Positions 40,411 through 54,945 of a stretch of 64,000 nt of DNA are shown piece after piece. The notes below the pieces were generated by a model. That model did not search any database. It worked only from the letters and a program-made list of their open reading frames with translations, and had not been told where the DNA came from. Each line of letters starts with the position of its first letter. Position 1 is the stretch's first letter. The position numbers and the translations under genes were made by a program. The stretch is from Octopus sinensis. Lineage: Eukaryota. Location: positions 44,268,001-44,332,000 of the forward strand of contig NC_043008.1 of assembly GCF_006345805.1 (NCBI RefSeq), given 5' to 3'.

Positions 40411-41602
40411 GTCCTAAATGTATCTCTGTAGCATCATAACATTTCGGATATAAAGAGACATAGCAACTCTTTTCTTATTGCTCATTTCTTTCACGGATTT
40501 ATCGCAGTCTGTTAATAAAGTACTGACGTGTTATAAAAGAAGTTTTACATTTTATTAAATCTAAATACTACGATCCTGTAATTTCAAGTAAATAGAAAGA
40601 AAAAAATACCTGTTGGCAATCGGTTATCTTAATCTAAAATATCATTATCCGCTTCGCACATAATGTATTACTAATAAACAGATATTTGAAGAAAGCCTAG
40701 GATTACAAACGGTTTAAAAGAGATTTATAATATGAGACTTGACTTACACATTTAACTATTTTTATTTTTAATCTTGTTTCTTTACCCTTCCCACTCGTTC
40801 TTCGCTGTTTTGAATACATGTATATTGTCTTTGAAATGACAGAATGCTTTATATTTCTCTTTCAAATATGACTCTGGCATTTGTTCTTGAGTTGAGATTG
40901 AGTGTCTCCTTATATATTAGCAGTAAATATTTTAATAGCCCTATATCAAATGTCAGAAATCGCTGCCAAACCGATTTAAAACATGTCGAAGCCAGACAGC
41001 GCGACTTCACTTAGATACAGATGGTCATACTTATTCTTCATTTTATTATTCCCTTTCTTATAGGAGGGAAAAAAACAAGGAATATATCTTTTTACCAAAG
41101 TGGTAATTATCGTTGAAACTGCATGTATTAAACGATATCGATTGAAGAAAAAAACACTAATAAAATATGAGAGAACAAATGTATTACTTGTTTTCTCCCT
41201 TCTAAGATAAAAAAAATAATAAATTTGAAAAACAAAATGATTACATGATTTCTGAATTTTAAGATGAAACAAAATATTTCAAGAAAAAAGTTTTAGACAA
41301 GTGGGAGAGAAAAATAAACTGATGTGAGTACATTAGCTGCTATCCTCTTAAGAAAGTTACACGGCCGTGGATATATTATTAATTGTATTCTGTAATATCT
41401 TTGTGTATATGAAATATATACGTTGTTCCAATGTGGTAAGCAACCTGCTTCTCTACCTTATCGTTACGGGTTCGGTCCCATTCAGTTACCACTTCGGGCA
41501 TGTGTCTTCCACGATAGCCTTAGGCCAAGGAAACAGAAACTAAAGGAAGACGTCGTGCGAGTGTGTGTGTGTGTTAAGACTCTGCATTTCTCTTATGCGC
41601 CA

Positions 41603-42891
41603 GCCGAGGTCGACTTTGCCTTCCATCCTTTCGGGTTTGATACGTTAAGTACCAGATGCGTACTGGGGTCGATCTAATCGACTAGCTCCCTCCCCCCAAA
41701 AAAACTATGGGGGATATCATTTCACAGTATCGTTAGCGAGTTAAACAAAAAGACTCTGCGGTATTTCTACTCCCATAATGCAGCTGCACATCAGTGTACA
41801 TCAACTGGCTAAATGTACGAATGTGGGCTCAAAAGTTCACAGCCCTAGCATCACTTGCAAGCAATAATTTCGACCGCATTATTTCTGTCCAGGTAAACTA
41901 ACATCTGACTGCTCGAAGAATGCTTCAAAACTTAATAAATAAATAAATAAATAAATAAATAACAGAAAGGGTGTTTCTACTATTAGAGGAACGTAACATT
42001 TGTCTGATATTCGAAAAACCCTTTCTGTGATGTATTTATGTTGAATTGTACAATTATTTTCATTTTGTCGTATGGCCGAAAGGCATTTGCCTAAAGTATA
42101 TGTATAATTCATTTTCTGTTGCACTTCAATTATATTATCACGTTACGTTCGTCCAATAGTAGAAACACACTTTCTGTTATTTATTTATTTATTTATTAAT
42201 TTTTAAACGTACAATTTTCGTTTTGTTGTATAGCCGAAAGGCGTTCGTTTGTTGTATGTGTATAATTCATGCTTTCGTGTTCTTGTTTTCGTTATTGTAT
42301 ACATTCATTTGTTTATCGACCCCGAAAGGATGAATGGCAAAGTCGACATCAGCGGAATTTGAACTCAGAACGTAGTGGCAGACGAAATACCGCTAAGCAT
42401 TTCGCCCGGCGTTCTAACGATGCTGCCAGCTCGCCGCCTTAAATAAAGTAATTGCTGAGACCACGATGCAAAATTTTGTCTGTCCTGAAAATAAGTAGTT
42501 ATTACTAAGTTTTGAAGCATTCTTCGAGCAGTCAGATGTTAGTTTACCTGGACAGAAATAATGCGGTCGAAATTAACGCTTGCAAGTGATGCTAGGACTG
42601 TGAACTTTTGAGCCCACATTCGTACGTTTAGCCAGTTGATGTACACTGATGTACAGGTGCATTATGGGAGTAGAAATACCGCAGAAAATGTGTTTCTACT
42701 ATTGGACGAACGTAACGTGATAATATAATTGAAGTGCAACAGAAAATGAATTATACATATACTTTAGGCAAATGCCTTTCGGCCATACGACAAAATGAAA
42801 ATAATTGTACAATTCAACATAAATAAATCACAGAAAGGGTTTTTCGAATATCAGACAAATGTTACGTTTGTCTAATATTAGAAACACCCTT

Positions 42892-42930
<39 letters not shown>

Positions 42931-43259
42931 TTAAGTTTTGAAGCATTCTTCGAGCAGTCAGATGTTAGTTTACCTGGACAGAAATAATGCGGTCGAAATT
43001 ATCGCTTGCAAGTGATGCTAGGACTGTGAACTTTTGAGCCCACATTCGTACATTTAGCCAGTTGATGTACACTGATGTACAGGTGCATTGTAGGAGTAGA
43101 AATACCGCAGAGTCTTTTTGTTTAACTCGCTAACGATACTGTGAAATGATATCCCCCATAGTTTTTGGGGAGGGAGCTAGTCGATTAGATCGACCCCAGT
43201 ACGTACCTGGTACTTAACTTATCAAATTCGAAAGTCTGAAAGGCAAAGTCGACCTCTGC
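41603..43259. repeat. Fold-back: ~565-bp inverted arms (41603-42165 / 42688-43259) with an internal SINE and an extra partial arm copy
   Basis: Arms are reverse complements with scattered mismatches. SINE at ~42315-42440; arm segment repeated at ~42510-42685. Confidence 0.88.
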
Positions 43260-43329
43260 GGACTGTGAAATGATATTAACAAAGCCATAGCCTTTTCTCC
43301 ATCATCGTAAAATTTAAGATGAAGGACCA

Positions 43330-44050
43330 GCGAAAATAACCTTATCCATTGACTCATTAGTATTTTCATCATCATCGTCACAACCATCACCGTCAGCGTC
43401 ATCATAGCCACAATCACTACCATCATTATCATCGTCATTGATGTCGTCATCGGGGGATGTCAGCATCATCAACAACAACACATTCACTATCATCGTCCTC
43501 CTCTTTTTCATCAGCATCATCATCGACATCACTTCCACCTAAGTCAGTCATTGGCGCCATCGGCCACATGGGGATGACGAAAGTGAAAGTGATTCAGCTG
43601 ATGATGTTGACGATGAAGATGATAGTAGAAATGACATGTTCATCATCATCATCATCATCATCATCGTGACCACTAAAACTATCATCACCATCACCACCAC
43701 CGCCACTAGTACTTACAGCTATTATCGCCATCGTCGTGGCCATGGTGGTCGTCAGCTTCATTATCCTCATTCTCCTCCACATCCTCATCATCCATCACTG
43801 CTACTGCCACCATTATTATCGCCATCCCTCTCATCTCCCTGGTTCATTGTCGCCATTGTCGTCATCCTCGCCGCCGTAGTCGTCGTTGTTATCATCATCA
43901 TTATCATCATCATCACCTTCACCATCAACACTATTATTAAAACGAACTCCAATGACATCATAGCAGTTGATGCATGAACTCTATGTTCGTCATCTCTTAA
44001 ACGATGACGTCACCAAGGCTGTACGCTTTCCTTTCATCTCTGAACACTAC
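43330..44050 (+). repeat. (ATC)-rich low-complexity tract with a conserved tail shared with 46560-47040
   Basis: Both end in aactcc.atga.atca.agc.gttgat...gacgtcacca...ggctgtacg.tt.cc.tt..atct. Confidence 0.6.
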
Positions 44051-44613
44051 TTTCAGTCAGTTTCCATTAAAATCGCTGAATTCAAGTTGAATTTTCAAAG
44101 CAGCGCCCACGAAAGCAATCCTTACTAACGTCAAGTCAACATTAATAACAACAACAGCCATAAATAATTAACAAACCGTAATCAGCCGATTGTCAAGTTA
44201 TACAAGTGCCAAGCCATACTACATTTAAGTCGTATAATCTCCCAAGTACTACGGTTTTATTGTTAGTGACTGTTATAAGAAAGTACCATTATCGGTACGT
44301 TTTACACGAATGTCCTAAATTATTTGAGAACAATTATGTGATGTGCTTTATCAGATACTTGCTAATAATTAAATTCTGATATTGTAGAAAGGGTGTTCGC
44401 AAAATACTCTTAAATATACTCCAGCCCACCTGTCAGATTAAGGGCTTAAGATCTTGTGATTCATAAACTAGCTAGAGTGTTAATAGTAAGTAAAAAATAT
44501 TATATAACATTGCTAATGATGGTGAAGATAATAATAATAATGATAATAACAATATTAATATTGATTATAATAAAAATAATAATAATAACAATAACAACAA
44601 CAACAACAACAAC

Positions 44614-44667
<54 letters not shown>

Positions 44668-44719
44668 GATAAGTATAATAATAATGATAACAGTAATAAT
44701 AAAATAAAAATAATTATGA

Positions 44720-45150
44720 ATGAGAGAGCAGTGCATGCCATGAAAGTGACACTGGGGTAAAATATACGAAGCCCAGTATACCCATCATGACTACCCCGTC
44801 TAATAAGGGTACACCAGGCACATGCATCACAACCATATATGTGCGGTAAAGAGGACAATCTTGCGGGTGGGGCCCCAGTTAGGTTTTTCTTCGGGTCGAG
44901 TAGCCCATCCCGCTGAAAAGGTCAGTGAATAAGGGTTGTTTATGCATGTTGAACAAAGCATTCATGTTTCCAAAGGGGAATTATCCAAACCCCAAACAAT
45001 TCCTCTTAACACATGGCTATGATACTTCCCCACTATTTCTGCTCGTGATCAGAGATGCACATATAGCAAGCCACTGGGGGACGTGCGCAAATGGTTAAGG
45101 TCAAACAACTGACAAGCAAGTCTGTGGTGTTGAGCAGAATATTTGCCGTG
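44720..45150. mobile_element. Interspersed repeat between (AAT)n and (ATT)n tracts, probably a SINE-like retroposon
   Basis: GC-richer island with sharp boundaries at trinucleotide repeats; family not identified. Confidence 0.45.
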
Positions 45151-45689
45151 GAATTATTATTATTATTATTATCATTATTATTATTATTATTATTTTTTTT
45201 TGTTGTTGTTGGTGTTGTTGTTGTTGTTGTTGTTGTTGTTGCACAGCTTCTAACGCTGGAGATTTACTAAAGTGTCAGCTGTTCACAACCAGTGAACTAA
45301 GGTAAAAACCTCTTATTTTCCGAGCACCTTCCGGAATACACGAGCGGTTCCAAGCGCGCAGTGCTTAGCGTTTACTTTATGCTTTGTATATTCATTAGTT
45401 CACGTATTTAATTACGCATTTGTATGTAAGTCTTTTTGCTGTACCTAATACACCCTTTTACACGGATTATTTCTGTTTCCAGATCTTCGTGTATCGAAAT
45501 TTTCTGTTTCCTCTAACAGGCCGATGCATTGCTTAAAATTGAGAATATACTGAAAGCGGTAAAAATGAAAACATGTGAAATTAAATGAATAAAGTAATAT
45601 TGCAAAATACCGGTTTTTTCTTAGAAACCCCTCGTATTGCTATCTTTTGGGGTTGATATGTAGAATAGGAATAATTTTCTTTTATGGTG

Positions 45690-45970
45690 GTCCTTGTCCA
45701 CAACACCTGGCCTATTTGCTTTGAACTGTCTATATGTCTGTATTAACATATCCCAGAGTAGATCTAGTTTGTCGTTGTCTGAGACCTTTCCTGGGACATA
45801 TGTATACCATTTATTTCTGTTGTCATTCCAAAGAACTAGTACTGATTCCAGTGTATACAGGTCCCAACCCTCTCATGTCTATAGATATCTCTCTCTTAGC
45901 TAGGACTAGGCAGCCAGAGACAATATGAGTCACCGTTTCTTCCCTCATCACCACACATTCTGCTTTTACA
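45690..45970 (-). mobile_element. R4/Dong-like zinc knuckle plus RLE remnant
   Basis: Minus strand (with frameshifts): RMCGD..EETVTHIVSGCLVLAKRDIYRHERVGTCIHW..KWY..LLWDMLIQTYRQFKANRPGVV. Confidence 0.72.
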
Positions 45971-46559
45971 CATATTATATTTTCCTTATGTATTTTTCGT
46001 GCTTTTTGGTAGGGAGCAATCTCTGCTTTGGGTCCCCAAAATTTTCAATCCATGTTTGGATTATTATTATTGTTATTAGCAATAATAATAACCCAAACTC
46101 AGTTCTTCTCGGCACTCCTGGAATCTTGCGTGGATAGTAGTGATCTACCATGCTATGTATTCACTTTACCTATCTAATAAATTTTATTTGACGTAGGTAT
46201 TTACACTGGTGTTCAACCTGTTAAACTCATCCACCTGTACATATACACACATGCACACACACACACGAGATTTAATATAAACAATTACAAAATATTTGCT
46301 AATAGTTTCATGCTTTAGGGATACATTAAATTGGCAGATTTATATAACACACCGCGTATCTGCAAGCAATTTTTCAGGTTCAGTTGATAACGTTCGATCT
46401 ATATTCTATATTTCCTGTCACTTTTCATTATCCGTCGTTGGAAGCTCAAAGGCGCTAATCGAATAATACTTTATTTATTATAGCAATTATCAATCAGAAA
46501 TTTCATCAACGACAAATTAATCGCTAAGTTGAAGAAGCATTAAAAAAAATACACATACA

Positions 46560-46779
46560 TTATTATCATCAGGTTACCACCATCACCACCAACACCGCCA
46601 TCACTGCCACTACCAAGAACAACTTCACCATGATCGTCATCGTCATCGTCAACATCATCATCGTCATCATCATCATCATCATCATCGTCGTCGTCGTCGT
46701 CATCGTCGTCATCATCATCATCATCATCATCGTCATCATCATCAGCAACAGCATCATGATCATCATAATCATAATCATG

Positions 46780-46811
<32 letters not shown>

Positions 46812-47040
46812 TATCATCATCATCATCACCTCCACCATCATCATCATCATCACCATCACCACCACCATCATCATCATCATCACCATCATTAACGTCATCA
46901 AGTACACCATTACCAGCAGCATTAAACATCAACTCCCATGAGATCACAGCCGTTGATATATTAAACAATACCTTCGGCGTTAGATGCGTGACGTCACCAT
47001 CACGGCTGTACGTTTCCCTTTTATCTTCCAAAACGCACCA
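46560..47040 (+). repeat. (ATC)n tract with shared tail
   Basis: Source of the poly-D ORF 46540-47031. Confidence 0.8.
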
Positions 47041-48481
47041 CAGTGAAGCAATCGTGATGGCTTCTACAAACTTTATGACCGGAAGCTTAAGCCCGTCGCC
47101 TTCTGACTATTCTATCAAACGTAACGCTTATGTAATCAATTTGTTTTGAATTAATCACGCATTTCATTGTAGCTTTGAAATTTCAATGACACGTTTGTTT
47201 ACTTTCAGAACAGCATTGTAGGGTGAGTGTGCGAAGCCAGATATGGCCAGCATGAATATAAAGCCGGTGCAGTATTTGGGCCTGAATTTCTATAGTTCTA
47301 GGTTCAATCTTAATGACCTGCAGCTTGAATGTTTCCGTGAGATTCTAATGAGCGTTCGATTAGAAACAACGGACAAATTAAGAAGAACGATCGGATCTTT
47401 ATCTTTTGACCGACAGATTTTTAAAAATAATTTTTCTGTAACTAAACACTTTCAAACTTCGGACACTGGCAGAATGTGTCATATAAAACATATTTTACTC
47501 GTAGCGTATATGAGAAAAGCTTATATTTACGAAGTTATTTCACGTTAAACTCCTCTTATTTCGGTAATTTCAACCAACTAACCCTAAAGCCTTAACCCTT
47601 ACCCTAATCCTATAACCCTAACCCTAAAACCTTAAAACCAGTACAACTGGTCGAAAAAGGTACATGTGAATGCACGCGACTACACGGGGGTCTAAACCAG
47701 ACACGAAATTATTGTACATACTGTTCTCAATTCTTATTCAGTTGCGAGGAAGCACTGAATAACAAACCTGGCAGTAGGAGGCTGACCAGTTTACAGGCTA
47801 GAGGGCTGAAATAGTATCAAATATCTTAAATAATTATTATCGATAAATCCTTTTCTTTTAGCTTAGTGTCCGTCAGAATTTCCTAATTACACATTAATCT
47901 GTTCACCCATATAATTAGTCCTCTCTTTCTCTCCCGGCATGTCTCATTTACAGAGTCTTTACCTATATGAATAATAGAAGAGGTAAGGGCTTACCCTCCA
48001 GTACACCATTCTCCATTATACATTACGTAATTACATATCATCTATTCACTACTATTATGCACTGCTTTTATCTTTTTATCTGGCGGAGAACTTTTTACTG
48101 GTAATCCGTGTTTCTGGAAGTTTCCCCATTGTTGGGGAAAATAAATTAAGGTATAAAAAAATTAAAGGAAAGAAAGACACCCGTCTTTTTACTGAAAGCC
48201 ACACTCTGAAGGATTATGTTACGTGATGGTGATGTTTCCGTTATTGTCTACGTATCGAACTAACTAGGATATTATGTAAGACAGCGGACCGGTGCTTAGA
48301 AGCTTCTAGCTTCTGCTGCGCTGTCTCCCATGATATCCTCCTTAGTTCGATCCGTAGGAGACGACTAAGCCGTCTCGCTGCCTCTCGTAATATTATTTTA
48401 AGTCGAAGAGGTTAAACAAACCTACAAAGGTGGGGTCATCACAGACAGGGAGAATGAGAAGGATATAGAGTATTATAGACA

Positions 48482-48895
48482 AGGCGGCGAGCTGGCAGAA
48501 CCATTAGCACGCCGAGCGAAGTGCTTCGCGGTATTTCGCCCGTCGCTACGTTCTGAGTTCAAATTCCGCCGAAGTTGACTTTGCCTTTCATCCTTTCGGG
48601 GTCGATAAATTAAGTATCAGTTACGCACTGGGGTCGATGTAATCGACTTAATCCGTTTATCTGTCCTTGTTTTTCCCCGCTATGCTTAGCTCCTTGTGGG
48701 TAATAAAGAAATAGGTATTTCGTCTGCTGCTACGTTCTGAGTTCAAATTCCGCCGAGGTCGACTTTGCCTTTCATCCTTTCGGGGTCGATAAATTAAGTA
48801 TCAGTTGCGCACTGGGGTCGATGTAATCGACTAAATCCATTTGTCTGTCCTTGTTTGTCCTCTCTGTGTTTAGCCCCTTGTGGGTAATAAAGAAA
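48482..48895 (+). mobile_element. Tandem (dimeric) tRNA-derived SINE
   Basis: Full head ggcggcgagctggcagaa.., then a second copy from 48715. A similar dimer lies at 60890-61300. Confidence 0.85.
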
Positions 48896-50154
48896 CATAT
48901 AGAGTATTATAGACAGAGAGAAAAAATGAGAGGATGGGGGAGAGAGGGAGAGAAAGAGAAAGAAAGAGAGAGAGAGAGGAGAAACAACACGGACATATTC
49001 AAAGATAAAGCACTTGGCTACGTGGAAACCCTTTACATCGCGCTGAAGTGGACTTTGTAGTAGTAGCAGTAGAACCATTCTTAATCGTTTAACACCGCAG
49101 TATATTGGCAAACTTTTAACGTAGTCAGCAGCATACTGGCAAATGTTTAAATTTGTCAGTCGTGTCTATTGTCAAATGGTTTTTACAAAGTCACTAGTCT
49201 ATAGCAAATCGACCGATTAACGTTGTCAGCAATTGTCTATTGAAATCCGAATTATAATTTCGTTCGGAACTTTATAAAAGACTGGATTAAATTAGATTAT
49301 TTTAGCACAAGGGAGCAATTCAACCAACATAATGAAATGGAAAATCAATGAAAAGGGAAATGAAATGTTATAAATCATTTTATGTAAAAACTGTTTGTTT
49401 GAATTATTTTAACAGGATGAAACTAATTATGATATTGAGTAAATATCGGCAGCTGCAATGCGACATTAACGAAGGCAGAACCGTAATTCAATTAACCACC
49501 TATTAAATGTCAAATATTGTGGGAATACGTACGACATATCTGCCGCAGACATCTCACTCACGGGAATGTAAACAAATTAAATACTGATTTAGAAAATTGG
49601 TAAACAAAAACGGAGAGGGGGGGATGAGAGAAAAAGAGTGAAAATGTAGAATAATTAAGTGCAAATAAGAAAAACATAATTTTTTCAACAGCTGTGAAAT
49701 AAAGTAAGTAAATAAACAAGCGGTTTTATAATTAATCTCAAACTCCAATTGTCTCCAACACCGCGGTGACGGCTGCAATATTTGTGCATGGTGGAAAGTA
49801 TTCAATCATCGCCATATAAATGACACCCGTATCAAGTTCACGAAACATAAGTTTGGGCCACATCCTACACAAGCACTCGTACAATAAAAGAGCTCGTATC
49901 GCAAAACAACATTGCATGAAAATTCTTTATTTGTTCTTGCATTGTTCAATATTGTACCTTCAAATGTCAAAGTAAAATTACTCCACAAGATACCAAAAGA
50001 ATCACCGATTCCCGGATTCCTCGCTCCAGATAACAACTCTGTACTCTACTAAGTTCTCAGACATGTCATAAAGAAACTATTCTAGGTGGAGTTAATACGT
50101 TAAACATGGTCTAGACCAATAATAACCCAAAATATCTATGGTATCCTATTTCTT

Positions 50155-50400
50155 TACTACACACAAGGGGCTAAACACAGAGAGGACAAACAAGGACAGA
50201 CACACGGTTTAAGTCGATTACATCGACCCCAGTGGCGTAACTGGTACTTATTTAATCGACCCTGAAACGATGAAAAGCAAAGTCGACCTCGGTGGAATTT
50301 GAACTCAGAATGTAACGGCAAACGAAATACGGCTATGCATTTAACCCGGCATGCTAAGGTTTCTGCCAGTTCGCCGCTTTCTCTGCCAGCTCACCGCCTT
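50155..50400 (-). mobile_element. tRNA-derived SINE
   Basis: Reverse complement of the 48482 family. Confidence 0.8.
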
Positions 50401-50485
50401 TTTACCAGCTCGAACCCAAAATATCTATGATATCCAAATTAAGCATAAAGAATTAAGGTTTCTTCTATATCATAATGTTCTTGTA

Positions 50486-50875
50486 GTGGAGGCGCAATGG
50501 CCCAGTGGTTAGGGCAGCGGACTCGCGGTCATAGGATCGCGGTTTCGATTCCCAGACCGGGCGTTGTGAGTGTTTATTGCGCAAAAAAACCTAAAGCTCC
50601 ACGAGGCTCCGGCAGGGGATGGTGGTGATCCCTGCTGTACTCTTTCACCACAACTTTCTCTCACTCTTTCTACCTGTTTCTGTTGTACCTGTATTTCAAA
50701 GGGCCGGCCTTGTCACTCTATGTGTCACGCTGAATATCCCCGAGAACTACGTTAAGGGTACACGTGTCTGTGGAGTGCTCAGCCACTTACACGTTAATTT
50801 CACGAGCAGGCTGTTCCGTTGATTCGGATCAACCGGAACCCTCGTCGTCGTAACCGACGGAGTGCTTCCAATCCA
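50486..50875 (+). mobile_element. Full-length tRNA-headed SINE
   Basis: gtggaggcgcaaTGGCCCAGTGGttagggcagcggactcgcgg..GGTTTCGATTCCcagacc (A/B boxes). Confidence 0.8.
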
Positions 50876-51085
50876 ATGTTCTTGTTCAATTTTTCTGTTT
50901 GCCTTGCAATTATGTCAACAAATTCGATGTCACCATTTCGAATATCTCATTGGATGACAATAAGAGTTCATAAATGAAATGTAAACAAAATTTATGTCTC
51001 TGTATATGTTTGTTTCTATTATGTAAGTATTTATAAAAGACATGTCTGAATATATGTATGCATGGATGTAAGTATATATGTTTGT

Positions 51086-51121
<36 letters not shown>

Positions 51122-51133
51122 GCATAGACGTAT

Positions 51134-51309
51134 GACTGTCTGTGTGGTAAGTAGCTTGCTTCCCAGCCACATGGTCCCAGGTTGCAGTCCCACTCTGTGG
51201 CACCTTGGGTAAGTGTCTTTTACTATAATCCCAGTCTGACCAAAGCCTTGTGAGCGAATTTCGTCGAAGGAAACAGTAAGTAGCTGTCCTATACATACAC
51301 ACACACACC

Positions 51310-51377
<68 letters not shown>

Positions 51378-51560
51378 TGTGTATGTGTGTGTGTGACTGT
51401 GTTTGTCATCCCACCACTTGACAACAGTCCCCGTAACTTAGCGGTTCCGCAAAAGAGACCGATAGAATAAGTACTAGGCTTACAGAGAATAAGACCTGGG
51501 GTCGATTTTTACGACCAAAGGCAGTGCTCCAGCATGGCCAAAAACTGTGCCTAGAGTAGT
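51134..51560 (+). mobile_element. Composite SINE-like element (3870 family)
   Basis: Same head, internal microsatellite and tail. Confidence 0.75.
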
Positions 51561-51829
51561 AAAAGAACGTGTACTTGTAAATTTATATACGTATGTATGC
51601 GCTTCTGTGTGTGTGTGTGTATGTTTATAGGATGTGACACTGTATGTGGGTCATGGTCATTATTGTCGTACAGCTAAACTCATAAGCTTACGCTCATATG
51701 TGTGTCAGTGTATGCTGAAGTCTAAATAAATGGACGCACATAGAAACATACACACAACGCAGGCACACACAATATATATATGTACACTTACACACACACA
51801 CACCACACACACACACACCACACACATAT

Positions 51830-51866
<37 letters not shown>

Positions 51867-52842
51867 GTATAAGTAGTTTCTGGCTCTTATCATTAAACAT
51901 AAGTAAACATTGTTAATAATTACAAAAGCCTTGTTCAACACAATGATATCTTTCCTTCCATTGAGTACGAATCGGTCAACATTGAATATCAAATACTAAC
52001 TACTCATATCAATAATTTTTCTGATTAGATTGACATGTATACGCTTTAGCATATATCTTTATTTATGTTTGCAAAATGAAATCGTATAACTGAAGTCTTA
52101 TGGTCATATCCATAGATAAAACTGATTAAAACAAATTGTTATGTGAATATTCAGAGACATTGCCAACAAAGATGGTAAACCTGGAAACGTGAAATAATAT
52201 TTAATAACAATTGATTGATGTCTCTTAAAGAAAATATGCTATAGCGAAGTGCTGTGTCTTATGCCAGGATACTGTTTGTATTGCAAAAGCTACTTGAACG
52301 CGGCAGGCACTGACATTTACGCCAGCCCCAACACACGCATTATACACACACATTCCCTATTTATACAGAAGGATGACGAAGGAGCATATATAAAGCACGA
52401 AAGAAAATCACAGGCGGGCTAAGGACGTAGATACGATCACCCATCGTCAGTTATCGACCAAGAATCATTACAATTTCGAGGACTCCTCGACACTGTTGCA
52501 CTATTAAATAACATCATTCGCAAAATACTGCTGTGAAATGCATGAGTAAAAACTAAGGAGAGAATGAGAGAAGTATAGCAAAAGACGGTTTGTATAGACG
52601 GAACGTTAAATTGGACAAGTTACGGCAGCAACGGGAAATATGTCAAACTAAAGAGCAATAACTTGCTTCATGAACACGTGTTTCCAGGTTCCGTCCTACT
52701 GCCCAGCGTTTTTGGCAAGTGACTTCTACTATATTCTCGAGTCGACCAAAGCCTTGTGAGTGGATTTGGCAGAGGGAAACTGAAAGAAGCTAGTTGTGTG
52801 TGTGGATGTATGTGTAAATATATACATATATAGAATATAATA

Positions 52843-52921
<79 letters not shown>

Positions 52922-52934
52922 ATGTATGTAACGG

Positions 52935-53150
52935 GAAGGTTTACGAAAATAAACAAAAGACGAAGGCAGGTTTACAAAAATAAACAAGAGACGAAGGCAG
53001 GTGGAGTACAAACAAACAATGTATTAGTATGGCGCTCAGGAATAGAAATAAAACAAGTATTTTACGTTTCGAGCCTACGCTCTTCAACAGAAAGATACAC
53101 AGAAAAGAAACAAGGAGAGAAACAAGGAAAGAAAAAACGATCCAACATGG
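52935..53150 (-). mobile_element. Penelope-pLTR-like fragment with a minimal hammerhead-like motif (53057-53098)
   Basis: rc: GTAT-ct-TT / CTGTTGA-A / GAGC-gtag-GCTC / GAA-ACGT-A / AAATAC; embedded between (TA)/(TG) repeats. Confidence 0.5.
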
Positions 53151-53558
53151 CATGTATGTATATGTATGTATGTATGTATGTATGTATATTGGAAATTTCA
53201 CAGCCTAGGTGCAGAGAATGCGAATACATCGTCTTCTTAGAGAAACATACTTTTCCATTTCTGAGTAATATATCCTACATTCATAAACTGATTTACTTGT
53301 TGTCTTTTTATGGTAATGTTAATTCTTGTTTAAAGTTACATAATCTGGCAGAGCGTAATAAAAATCATATTCGTATATCCATATATCTGTATTGAATAAT
53401 ACGCAATTAAAATAAACATGAAATAATTAACATTTAGTCATCTCAAAATACTACTTGGTTTTAAAGTAAAATGACGCTATTTTGGCTGCCGCGTGCTCCT
53501 CTCTTTCGCATTCAATAGCTGTATCTCTCCACCTTATATACATACACACACACATGTA

Positions 53559-53605
<47 letters not shown>

Positions 53606-53652
53606 ACATATGCATACATATACATATATATACAAACACACACATATATATG

Positions 53653-53693
<41 letters not shown>

Positions 53694-53830
53694 ATGTGTG
53701 TGTGTATACGTGTGTATTGGTGTGTGCGTGTGCGTGTGTGTGTTCAAAAGATAGAGGAGAGTTTGTAATAATATCAGTCATTACATGAAGAAGCAAATTA
53801 TTAAAATTGATGAAAAGGAAAATGTACGTG

Positions 53831-53895
<65 letters not shown>

Positions 53896-54900
53896 GTATA
53901 TATATATATAATATATATATATATATACATGCGTATGCGTATGTATGCATGTACATATATGTATGTATATATATACATATATATATACATAGATATATGT
54001 GTATATGTATATGTATATATATATGTATATATATGCATTTATACACACATATATCTATATATATACTTATATTGTGTAGGTGTATGCGTTGATGTGCGCA
54101 TGTGTTATACATTCATGTTCCTTATTAATGTGCATATATATCTTTGTTTAGTGTCTCAATCTTTTACTCTGTGTATGCATGCAAGCATGTTTGTGCGCAT
54201 GTACATAATCACGTGTATCTGTCTATGTATATACTTGTATGCATTTGTATGTGTATACGTCTACGTGCATATGGCTCTGTGTAGTCATTATGTTGTGACA
54301 GTCGATATGACGCTGGAAACATAAAATTCTTCCAAAGTGATTGTTTTATTACAACTTTGTTCTTCTAATGCAAAAAGAAAAAAAAAAGATCTCACACATA
54401 AAATATAATTCCAAATAAATGGAAAAGTGTTTCAGAGTTCTGAATCCTACAGCCTAGGTGAAAGATAGGAAAGAAGACGCAAATTTGAATTCTAAATTAA
54501 AGAACAAAAAATTCCTGAAAACAAGTAACTCTAGTTTGTTTCTTTTTTTTTTTTCTGTATTTCCAGGAAATGTGACTGCAAGGTGTTCAGAAAAATATAA
54601 TTTCTGGCAACCACAAGAAACAACACTAAATAACAAAGACATATTATCTACACCTTTTCTTTCTTCTGAAGACGTACGGATGTCTAAATGCATATATATT
54701 TATCTCGCTTTAAAAACACGACCAGTGTAAGGCTTTTGTGTAGTTTTAAACTTGTTTAGCATTAGTTCTATATATCGCAAAATTAACGTGCGAAAAATGT
54801 TAAGTAAGTGGTTTTAGACATTGTATTTAATATATTTATGCCTGCGTCATCATATAATGTTCTCCGCATCTTTCACAAACATATATATATATGTTTTCAC

Positions 54901-54942
<42 letters not shown>

Positions 54943-54945
<3 letters not shown>

